Of a DNA stretch of 64,000 nucleotides, positions 51,570 to 62,383 are shown in pieces. How positions within the stretch are numbered: the stretch's first letter is position 1; every line of letters starts with the position of its first letter. The translations under genes were made by a program, and so were the position numbers. This DNA is from Adineta vaga. Lineage: Eukaryota > Animalia > Rotifera. The DNA is taken from the NCBI GenBank assembly GCA_021613535.1, contig CP075492.1, positions 10,354,001-10,418,000 of the forward strand. Direction: 5' to 3'. The notes beneath the pieces are model-generated. The model saw nothing but the letters and a program-made list of their open reading frames with translations. It did no database searches and had not been told where the DNA came from.

Positions 51570-54500
51570 TCAAGATGAAGAAAGAAATTTTTGTTCTATC
51601 ATATAATCAATTGATTTCATAAAATCTTGATCTGAAATCTGAAACCATGGTAGATGACATTGCTCTTGTAGAAACTCTTTTGTTCTATCAATCGGTACAC
51701 CAATACGTTCATCTTGATCTTCATTTTGAACAAATTGAATTGATGCAATTCGATCTCTTAATGCACGATATCGATTATTTTCCGATAGGTTATTTATAAC
51801 AAATTCTTTCCATTGATTTTGTTTGATTCTATTAATCTCAATATTTGATAATTTATCAAATAAAATCTGATAAATACGTGCAAGATTCAGAGAGTTTCCA
51901 TATAAATTGAAACATTTTCCTTGACTATTTGAACACATCGATAGTGCAACAAGAACTTTTGCACAATAATCAACAGGAACGAAATGTAATTTCATATTCG
52001 TATTTTCTACAATAGTTTTCAATTCAATTTGTACACGTAATAATATATTAATAAAATCATTCAAATTAGTAAAACCCGTCTTCGTATCTGCTGATATTGA
52101 ACAAGGTCTTAGAATTGTAATATTAGCGCCAAGATCTGATGCTTGCTTCAATAATCTTTCAACAACAACTTTTGTTTGGCCATATCCATCTTTTTCATTA
52201 ATTTCGTATGATGTTAAATGAGCCCATCCATCAGAATCCTCTTTTAAATTGTTACTACGAGGCAATGCTGCTACTGAACTTGTATAAATCAATTTTCCAT
52301 GAGATTTTAATGCAAATTCAAGAATATTTAATGTTCCTTGAACATTCGATTGTTTTAAAGCTTTATATGGCATTTCTAAATGAACATATGATGCATTGTG
52401 ATAGATAAAACCGATTTCCTCGGTAAGTTTCTGATATAAATCGATCGTTAATCCAAGATGCTCTTTTGTAATATCACCAGCAATGCAAGAAATTCGATTC
52501 CAATCGATTGAATTCATTCTTTGACATTTATTTAAATCATCTTGCAAACGTTGTTTAGCATGTTGATCATCAGTTGCTCGAATAATACAATAGATCTTTA
52601 CATTTTTATCCATTTGTTGAACAATTTCAGTAATTAACAAAGGACCAAGAAAACCTACAGCACCTGTAACTAAAATATTCTTCTTTGATGATATTTTAAA
52701 ATTTGTAATCAACGTTCTTAGATGATGAGGCAAACGACATTGTTGATTCCAATTGATATCATGTACAATATGATCGGAAAGTAAATGTTTTTTTGTTAAA
52801 ATTTTATTTAAATGATTCAATTGATGATTATAAATCATCGTTGAAGTCAAAGGAATGCCTCGATCATTATAATTTTTACATAATAAACTAATTGCTAATG
52901 AATCAGCACCAATTTCAATAAACGTATTATCACCATTGATTTGTCCTTTTAGAGAACGATTTAAAATACGTTCTAAAATCTGTACAAATTCTTCGGTTAA
53001 TTGTTCGTTATTCGCAGCTTGATCAATTGATTCTTGATTGAATATTTGTGTTTTTAAATGTGAATAATATTGCGATAGAGCATGTCGACATTTCTTTTCT
53101 TTCATTAAACCATTTTGTTCATTCCAAATAAGATTTCGTTCGATAAATACGGCTTGAGGAATTTCTGGACCAGTCAAACCACAATGAACACAAAAAAATC
53201 GAATCAATTGTAACATATCAATTTCATTTAATGTTGAACCGGATTGTGATGGACATACAATAGCAATTAAATAGGAATAATTTGCATGGCCTAGTATGAA
53301 CGATGTGGAAATTTCCGATAATTGCTCGAGAATATTTTCTATATGAACAGGTGAAATCCATTCGCCCATACTGTTTTTAATCATGGTACCAGATCGATCG
53401 AGCAATTTTATTGAATTACCTTCTAATTGACCAAGATCACCTGTTCGATAGTAGGTTTTTCCTTCGATTTCAATAAATGATGGATGATTATCGATTCCCC
53501 AATAACCTTGAATAATTTTTGGTGTATGAATACAAATTTCACCTTGATGAATTCCATCAAATTCACTCATATCTTTAACCGGAAGTAATTTAACAGATAC
53601 TCCTGGATAAATGACTCCATTTTTAGAAATATTTCCACATTCACGACATCCATACATATCGACAAGATCAATTTTTAATTTATTTCGAATAAAAGACAAT
53701 ACCGTAGGCGAGATAGCTCCACCACCCGATGTACCAGTATGTACTCTACCACCTAAATCTTCACGCATTTGTTTTGCAATTTGTTCTTTTTCAATTTCAG
53801 TTAATTTATTATTCAATTTACTAAGATAATTCTTATAGATTATATTCCATAATGATGGTGTTAAACCAAGACTTGTTGGTTTAATCAGTTTGATATCAGT
53901 CCACATATTATTCAGATTAGTTAAACCTCGTGAACTTCCATATCGAATTGTGCTTATTAATGATAATAGAAGAACAGGATCAAATGGTTGATAATCAATA
54001 CGAATAAATGGAGATATTAGAGTAAAATTATCATTAGGTATGAGCAATTCTTCAGTAAAAATAGCTCCTTTTGGATATCCAGTACTACCCGAAGTTGAAA
54101 AGATAGCTGATATTGTTTTGCTCGATAGATGAATAGAAGATTGAATATTGATGGAACTCTTTTCACCTAATTCAAGTGCTTTACTTAATGAAATGATGTT
54201 GAAATCTTCATTTGTTGTTGTTGTTGTTCCCGATTGGAATTGATCTTCATTTTTATAGATAATCATTACTGATTTTTGTTGATCTGATGATAATAATGAA
54301 TAAATTTTCGAAAAATATTCTTCATCCGTAACAATTATCGAAGGCTTTATTTTTGATAGTGTATTTTGAATAGCATCGATATGTAATGAGCCATTGATTG
54401 GAACAATGACTGCTTGTGAGAGAAGTCCAGTTAATAAGCAACATATGTAAGCAGGTGATGTTGAACACATCAATAGAATCATTGGTCGATTATTATCATC

Positions 54501-55616
54501 GGGATTTCCAAGAAATCCTTTCCAATATTTTGATAAATGTGAACATTTTATAGCCATTTCACCATAACTCATTGTAATAAATTGATTTGTTTGTTGATTT
54601 TTATAGATAAGTAACGGTGAAGAATGAAATGATTTCAATGCATTTTCAATGAATTCTTTGGAAGTATTTCCACATACTACTTTTTGACAAGCAAGTATAT
54701 CAATATGTAATTGATGTTGATGATTAGAAGCAATAGAATTAAGATGACATCCAAAACAAGTACTAAAATGACATTGACAACAACACCAACGAGTATCACC
54801 CGGATAAATCACATTTTGACAGACTTCACATATACATATATCAAGTTTATAGGTAATTGCAGAATTCAATCGATATTGATGGGAAAAAAACGATCCATAA
54901 CTACCAGCTAAAGGATTTGTCCAATGACCTTGAAATTGAAGATTTTCATTTTCGAATTCACTAAATTTTCCTCGATATTCAACAAAATAGTCTGATTTTA
55001 CATATTTTTTCAAAATTTTCATATCATCTAAAGTTCCATTTCCATCTAATGTAAAGAATAGCAACGGTTGATTAGGAATATCAGCTGAATCATCAAAGTA
55101 TCCACTACCAAATAATCTCCATGTTTGATCATCTATTCGAAAAAGAGTCATACACCATCGAATTGGATTGATCGGAAGTAAAAAATCACGAAGTTCTTCA
55201 TCGGGATCTGATTGGCCAACCCATATGCCTGAAATCATATTCGACGGAAGATCCTCTTCATGAATCATCACTAGTTTTCCAAATAAATCTAAATTAACTA
55301 ATGATTTCCATGTACCATGTAGATAAATTGTACCATTTGATTTATCTTTTAATAATTTATATTGATACGAATATGTCGATTTACCATTGATTACTTCTGT
55401 CATTGATCCTTCTCGTTTAGTTCCATTATAAGTTCCATGAATAATATTTACGTCATTTTGACATAATGCTCCTCCGAATAATGATGGATATTCTTTTGTT
55501 GGTGTAAAACATAAAGTAAATTTCAATTGATCATCTTCATTCTGATTATTATTGATTGATGAATCAAGTACACGTTGACCAATGAACGTACCAGTACAAT
55601 ATATATCAGTCGACAT
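51570..55616 (-). CDS. Carboxylic acid reductase-like NRPS-type enzyme (A-T-R) with N-terminal tandem beta-rich domains and a ZZ-like zinc finger, intronless, 1348 aa
   Basis: A domain IFSTSGSTGYPKG, MYGCRECG, YYRTGDLG, IKNSMGEWISP; T domain FIEIGADSLAI; R domain ILVTGAVGFLG, HNASYVH, SNVQGT, GYGQTK, ILRPCSI; zinc finger CEVC...RWCCCQCHFSTCFGCH...HQH. Confidence 0.92.
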   Translation of the reverse strand: MSTDIYCTGTFIGQRVLDSSINNNQNEDDQLKFTLCFTPTKEYPSLFGGALCQNDVNIIHGTYNGTKREGSMTEVINGKSTYSYQYKLLKDKSNGTIYLHGTWKSLVNLDLFGKLVMIHEEDLPSNMISGIWVGQSDPDEELRDFLLPINPIRWCMTLFRIDDQTWRLFGSGYFDDSADIPNQPLLFFTLDGNGTLDDMKILKKYVKSDYFVEYRGKFSEFENENLQFQGHWTNPLAGSYGSFFSHQYRLNSAITYKLDICICEVCQNVIYPGDTRWCCCQCHFSTCFGCHLNSIASNHQHQLHIDILACQKVVCGNTSKEFIENALKSFHSSPLLIYKNQQTNQFITMSYGEMAIKCSHLSKYWKGFLGNPDDNNRPMILLMCSTSPAYICCLLTGLLSQAVIVPINGSLHIDAIQNTLSKIKPSIIVTDEEYFSKIYSLLSSDQQKSVMIIYKNEDQFQSGTTTTTNEDFNIISLSKALELGEKSSINIQSSIHLSSKTISAIFSTSGSTGYPKGAIFTEELLIPNDNFTLISPFIRIDYQPFDPVLLLSLISTIRYGSSRGLTNLNNMWTDIKLIKPTSLGLTPSLWNIIYKNYLSKLNNKLTEIEKEQIAKQMREDLGGRVHTGTSGGGAISPTVLSFIRNKLKIDLVDMYGCRECGNISKNGVIYPGVSVKLLPVKDMSEFDGIHQGEICIHTPKIIQGYWGIDNHPSFIEIEGKTYYRTGDLGQLEGNSIKLLDRSGTMIKNSMGEWISPVHIENILEQLSEISTSFILGHANYSYLIAIVCPSQSGSTLNEIDMLQLIRFFCVHCGLTGPEIPQAVFIERNLIWNEQNGLMKEKKCRHALSQYYSHLKTQIFNQESIDQAANNEQLTEEFVQILERILNRSLKGQINGDNTFIEIGADSLAISLLCKNYNDRGIPLTSTMIYNHQLNHLNKILTKKHLLSDHIVHDINWNQQCRLPHHLRTLITNFKISSKKNILVTGAVGFLGPLLITEIVQQMDKNVKIYCIIRATDDQHAKQRLQDDLNKCQRMNSIDWNRISCIAGDITKEHLGLTIDLYQKLTEEIGFIYHNASYVHLEMPYKALKQSNVQGTLNILEFALKSHGKLIYTSSVAALPRSNNLKEDSDGWAHLTSYEINEKDGYGQTKVVVERLLKQASDLGANITILRPCSISADTKTGFTNLNDFINILLRVQIELKTIVENTNMKLHFVPVDYCAKVLVALSMCSNSQGKCFNLYGNSLNLARIYQILFDKLSNIEINRIKQNQWKEFVINNLSENNRYRALRDRIASIQFVQNEDQDERIGVPIDRTKEFLQEQCHLPWFQISDQDFMKSIDYMIEQKFLSSS

Positions 55617-56637
55617 CTTACAATAAGAATAACAGATTAAAAGTTTTTATAGACATGTTATTGCATCTGAGAATTGAAATAGAGTAAAAGCCTCACACAA
55701 CGTGTCATCTTTTGTTTTGTTTTTTCTTTTCTCTTTCTTCCGTTTGTCTTGGATGTCGTCATGTATAATAACGACATCGCACGCCTTTTTTCGTTAAAAA
55801 CACAGATTATTTTCTATTTCTCATTAAAGCTATCGAGTGTTATTAATCAATATGGTTTGTGATAACAACATGATACTTTTACAAAGCGATTCACTAAGAT
55901 TAAAATTATCATTCAATTTTTACTGGCAAGTTCACCAAGGTCATTTCAATTTCATGAGAGATTAATCGAAACATTCAAGATTTGTCTTTCAATAGAATGA
56001 ATCGAAACTTTAACTGAACTTATATTTTATTTAAAAAAAGAGACACTCTATGACTATTCTGAAGTATTGTTAAATATTAATAACAACGATACGTTTGAAA
56101 TAATATTTCATCAAAATACAATTTAAAATCGATTAACAAGTGTCTTGAAGTTATATCTGTTACGCAGATAAAAAGTTTCATAGGTTTAATATATTCTCAA
56201 CCTGTTATTATCGTCATTTTCTCACGATGATTTAAAACACTCAACAATAACTGTTGATAATTTTATCATAGTATGATATCATTTGAACTGATAAAAAAAG
56301 GGCAAAATATAATAATTCTCACGTGCCAGAATAAAAAAGAACTTTTAGTGTTGTCCTTGAAAACATAGGATCATTGACATATGAGATACATAATTTCATT
56401 TCAATTTTACTCAATACTATCAAAATTATCGCTTATAATTTCGTCGGCTAACATCCAGTTTTGTCCACTTCATCAACGATGATATATATTATCATTTAAC
56501 AGAAAAATAAATGACGTACATTTTACTTTCGTCGTTTTATTTTTTTGATAGACAATGATTTTATCGACAAAAGGGTCACTGAATATATTTCGTCATTCTG
56601 TTTAAAGATAAGTTTCATTTCAGATTTCTGTAGAATA

Positions 56638-59600
56638 ATGGTGAAACAAATAGCAGACGATAATTCATCTATAGCAGTAAATTATTTATATTTTTTTGTC
56701 AATGGTAAAGAAGTAATTGAATATTCTGCAGAACCTGATTGGACTCTTTTATGGTATCTTCGTAATAGTAAGTTGTATTCAAATGAAAAGATCAGTTTTA
56801 TGAATGTATCGTTTGATTGTAGAATTAAATTTAACTGGTTCAAAACTAGGATGTGGAGAAGGTGGATGTGGTGCATGTACTGTACTCATCTCTGAATGGA
56901 ATCATTCTCATACTAATCATATTGAACATCGAACTGTCAATGGGTGTTTAATACCTTTATGTGCTGTTGATGGTTGTCATGTAACAACAATTGAAGGTTT
57001 AGGATCTGTATCGGAATCCAATTTACATCCTACTCAATCTCGATTAGCTGAATTTTTTGGTTCACAATGTGGATTCTGTACACCGGGTATTGTTATGTCA
57101 TTATATGGAAAAATCACATCATCAGATGCAACAATTCATGATATTGAAGAAGCATTTGATGGCAATTTATGTCGATGTACAGGATATCGTCCAATTCTTG
57201 ATGCAGCAAAAACATTTGCTATAGATATTCATAAGCTTCCTTCAAAAAATCCATCAGCAAAAGTAACAACATCTACTACTTTAGACAAATGTTTATCAAT
57301 TAGCGAACAAAATTCTTCGCCTATAACTCAAATAAAATTTCCTGAACAACTAAAACATTATAATCCAAAATCCATTTATATTAAAGGTTTTAAACATCGA
57401 AATCATTCATAGATATTTCAACTGTCTTCTGTTTTAGGTTCTTCGATTGAATGGTATCGTCCAATTACACTGAATGAACTTCTTCACTTGCGTTATAAAT
57501 ATCCAGGTAGTGCATCGAAATTAATCTTTGGAAATACGGAAGTACAAATCGAAACAAAATTTAAAAGTTTAACTTACCCTCGTTTTATAACTGTAACACA
57601 TATTCCTGACTTGAAAGGATTTAAACGTACAGAAACATCATTGATAATTGGAGCTGGTGTAACCTTAACACATCTTCAAGCAAAACTAAACGAATGGAAT
57701 AATGAACAAATTGATGGTGGTATTTGTCAAGCATTGCTGGATCAATTGAAATATTTTGCATCAACACAAATACGAAATGTAGCATCACTGGGTGGAAACA
57801 TTGTCAATGCATCACCAATGTAAGATTTTCTACCTAATTCATCTAGAAGTAAAGAGTTTTTCTTTCAAATAGTTCTGATCTTAATCCAGTATTACAAGCA
57901 GTTGATACACAATTAGAATTGTATCGAATCAATGATAAATATAATCGTTTTATATCAATGCGAGAATTCTTTCTTGAATATCGTCGAATAGCTATGACAG
58001 ATGATGAAGTACTTGTTGCTGTTCATATTCCTCTTCCAAAACCATCAATAATATCCTTTGTACGTGCATATAAACAGTCACGTCGACGTGATGATGATAT
58101 TGGGATTGTTAGTGCTGGTTTTCAAGTGGAATTAGAACCCACTACTGAATCAGAAAGTAAACAATGGAAAATTGTCTCTATTTGTTTATCTTTTGGTGGA
58201 ATGGCAGCAACAACGGTCATGGCGTCGAATACACAAAAAGAATTAGTTGGACAGTTATGGACTAGATCAACTCTTATTCAAGCATGTCAATCTGCATTGA
58301 AAGAAATGCCATTGAATGATACAACACCAGGCGGTCAACCAGAATATAGGTTTGATAAATATGTAAATTTCCAATGAAATATCGACAATGAACTCTTTTT
58401 AGACGTACACTACTCCAATCATTTTTATTTAAATTTTATTTATATGTTGGTACAAAATTACGTTCATCATCGATTGATCAATCAGAACTTTCGGCAATTC
58501 ATCCTTATCAAAGATCAATATCGCATGGTCAACAAACCATACCTGAAAGATCGAAATCTAATCGAATTGTCGGAAAATCATTAATTCATCGATCGGCATA
58601 TCTACAAACAACTGGCGAAGCAAAATACATCGATGATATGCCATCATTACCAAATACACTTCATGCTGCATTAGTATTATCTACTCAACCTCATGCAAAA
58701 ATTATAAATATTGGTAAGTTTGAGTTCCATTTGATTTCAAAGATCTCTATCTAAGCATATTATGTATGATTAGATCTTAGCAGTGCTTTGAATGTTCCGG
58801 GATATGTGACATTTGTGAATCATCATGATGTGCCTGGTCGTAATGATACAGGTGATGTAGTGTATGATGAAGAAGTATTTGTTTCATCGATTGTTTCATG
58901 TGTGGGAGCAATTATTGGTTTGGTTCTCGGTGACACTGAACAAGCAGCTTATAAAGCTGCATCACTTGTTCAAATTGAATATGAATTATTAACACCAACT
59001 ATCTTTACTATTGATGAAGCAATTGAACATCAATCATTTTTTGGTGAAGAACAGCGTATTCGGAAAGGTGATCCTGAAAAATATCTGCTCGAAGCTGATC
59101 ATCGATTGCATGGAATAGTATACATTGGTGGTCAAGAACATTTCTATTTGGAAACAAATTGTTGTCTAGCAATTCCATCCACTGAGGATAATGAAATGAC
59201 CTTGTATTCGTCGACACAAAGTCCAAGTAAAACCCAGGAACTAACAGCATTAGCACTTGGTATTGATTCAAGTCAAGTCATTTGTCATATGAAACGAATG
59301 GGCGGTGCTTTTGGAGGAAAAGAATCAAGATCGTAAGAACTACTTGTTTCAACTTTTGTCTTAGGAAATCACAATTGCACTTATTCTTTCAGACCTGAGT
59401 TTAAATATAAATATCTCTTATCTTCAGCTAGAATCGAAATTCTATTTTAGGATGACACCATGTATTGCTGCAGCCGTTGCTGCTGTTAAAGTTGGTCGTC
59501 CAGTTCGTCGAACATTGAACGACATATTGATATGGCTGTAACTGGACATCGACATCCATTCAAAGTTGAATATAATGTTGCATTTACTAATGAAGGCCGT

Positions 59601-61214
59601 TTTCAAGCATTGGATATTCAATTATGGAATAACGCAGGATGGTCATTAGATGTATCTGCTAATGTCATGATACGTGCTATACTTCATATTGATAATGCAT
59701 ATCAATTTAATGACGTTCAAGTTCGAGGAAGAGTCTGTAAGACTAATTTACCATCAAATACAGGTATCTATCAATGTTATCTATATGAATTAGTTGTTTT
59801 TATTCATTTATTCGATTAGCTTTTCGTGGATTTGGTGGTCCACAAGCATTATTTGCTTGTGAAACAATTGTTGAACATGTTGCTAAATATCTTCAAATGG
59901 ATGCTTTAGCTATTCGTCAATTGAATTTTTATAAAGAAGGAGATCTCACACATTTTAGTCAATCCTTAGAACGATGGAATATTCCTCGTCTATTCGATGA
60001 ATTAATTAAGTCAAGTGATTATTTTCAACGACAAAATCAAGTCAAAGAATTCAATCAATTAAATAAATATCGAAAACGTGGTATGGTTATACTTCCAGCA
60101 AAATTCGGTATTGGATTTACAACGAAATGTTTCAATCAGGCTGGTTCTCTTCTACATATTTATAAAGATGGATCTGTTCTATTAACACATGGAGGTTATA
60201 TATCATCATTTGAAAATAGATTTTAACAGTTTTCTATTTATTCAGGTACTGAAATGGGTCAAGGTCTTCATACAAAAATGATATCTGTAGCAGCTGAAGT
60301 ATTAGGTTGTGATGTAAATCGAGTACGTATTAGTGAAACTTCAACGGATACAGTAGCTAATACAAGTCCAACAGCGGCATCAACTTCATCTGATTTATAT
60401 GGTTTAGCAGTTCAAAATGCTGCACAACAAATTCGACAACGTTTAGATCAATTACGAACAGATGATAATAAGGATCTTTCATGGGAAGATCTTGTTAAAC
60501 GAGCTTATTTTGAACGTATTGATCTTTCTGCACATGGATTTTATTCAGCACCTGAACCATTAGGAGCTGACTTTGCGAATAATAAAGCAGTTTATAATTA
60601 TTTTACACAAGGTGCTGCTGTTACTGAAGTTGAATTAGATACTTTAACTGGTGATTGGCATCTTCTACGTGTCGATATTCTTATGGTAAGATTTCTTTTT
60701 CTGTTCAATATTTCATTTATTCGTTGTCTATGTATGAAAGGATGTTGGTACTTCATTGAATCCTCATATTGATATTGGACAAATTGAAGGTGCTTTTACT
60801 CAAGGTATCGGTTTATTTACTATGGAAGAGTTGATTTATGGTGATAATACTGAATATAAATGGACGAAACCAGGCTCATTGTTTACTCGTGGACCAGGAA
60901 CATATAAAATTCCATCATTCAATGATGTACCTATTGATATGCGTATTGAACTTCTTTCTGATGCACCTAATCCTAAAGCTATCTATTCTTCGAAAGCCAT
61001 CGGAGAACCACCACTTCTTCTTGGAGCATCAGCATTTTTTGCATTGAAAAATGCTTGTATGGCTTACAGAGAACAGCAAGGTTTAACAGATTATTTCATA
61101 TTACATTCTCCAGCAACTGTTGAAAGATTACGAATGGCCTGTGCAGATGATTTCACTCAACAAGCATGTGATGATCAGAATGATCAAACATTTCAAGCAC
61201 GTGGATCATATTAA
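56638..61214 (+). CDS. XDH: Xanthine dehydrogenase/oxidase, multi-exon, apparent 1-nt frameshift near 59509
   Basis: 2Fe-2S motifs [25 protein letters not shown] and [13 protein letters not shown]; FAD domain [16 protein letters not shown]; Moco domain [29 protein letters not shown] and [10 protein letters not shown]. Confidence 0.95.
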
Positions 61215-61334
61215 ACATTATATAGGTTCTTTAATTCAAGCTGATAGTCTATTTGTAATCATTTTTATTCTGACAAAAATAAACACATTTGACATGACTA
61301 GAAACGCAAATTTATCTGAATACACGGAAAAAAT

Positions 61335-62135
61335 CTACTGTAATAAATAAACAAATATTATGACTAGAAAAATATAAACATTAATAAAACAGGATTGAAA
61401 TAAATTAATTGCTAACGAGAAAGGTTTTTCATCAAAAGTAAAACAATCAGTTGTTACAACATTGAAATTATTTGCCTCACAAAATTGTAAACCTGATTTA
61501 TAGGCGATATCTAATTTAAAAAGAAATATAAATCGTATTTTTTTTTCTATATTAAATTCAAAAACAATTGATTACATACCAATAATATTTCCATTGAATT
61601 CCGCTCCTTTACAATTTGCATAGAGTCCTTCGCAAAATGTTTTACAAATTTTTACACGTCTAAATATTCAATGTAAGTGAATTGAAAAATTCAATTAATT
61701 CGAACTTACTTTTTAATATACCATAAATATTGATCAGGTGCACAGAAAAAACACATTAAATAATTCATCATATTTTGACATGCTGAAGAAGCTTTATGTA
61801 AAGTATACATCGATTCAAATACACTGGCAACTTCAGTTCGTTTACAACAGGCATTGTCTTCATACCATGAACAATTTGTTAAACCTTTTTCTACTTTCGG
61901 ATGACGTACATCAGCTAGAAATATGATTTGATATTTAACTGTTCTATATTCAAAATCACTACTTACAAAAAAATCGACAAGGTCGAGTTGTATCAAAATT
62001 GAGTTTAATTAATTCAACGTCATCTTCATATTCTTCCAATGTCAATGCATCAGTAAAACCATTATCTAATTTAATAGAATTCGCAATTGAAATACTTGAT
62101 AAAATGACATAGAATAATATCGAACGAGAAATCAT
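61335..62135 (-). CDS. Folate-receptor/riboflavin-binding fold Cys-rich secreted protein, probably GPI-anchored, 4 exons
   Basis: Signal MISRSILFYVILSSISIANS; LTNCSWYEDNACC, CQNMMNYLMCFFCAPDQ, ICKTFCEGLYANCK; hydrophobic C-terminus FINVYIFLVIIFVYLLQ*. Confidence 0.72.
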
Positions 62136-62383
62136 TATCAAATATGAACATCACAAATAAAACGGAAGTAAAAATGATTATCGGAATGAAAATTATCTAG
62201 AATATGCAAAACAAACAATCAATCATTCTTATATCATAATTAAAAAAAAGAAACACAAATCGAAATTTTAATTTTGTTAACAATAACAATAAGATTATGT
62301 CAAAAACACTGCAAACAATTTATACTAAGTATAAATGCTGTAAAAAATACGATTAATAAGAAAAAGCACTTGAATAAATTGAT

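Noticed and set aside
51112-54911. Short plus-strand ORFs antisense to the thiaminase and CAR genes, and similar antisense or off-frame ORFs elsewhere in the track
   Set aside because: They are shadow frames of real genes with no independent motifs.
49932-55616. Bacterial contamination or misassembly as the source of the intronless enzymes
   Set aside because: The genes are contiguous with intron-rich animal genes, look similarly AT-rich, and carry eukaryotic features (signal/GPI tail, ZZ finger, AATAAA-like 3' signals, probable 5'UTR intron). Read-level confirmation is still advisable.
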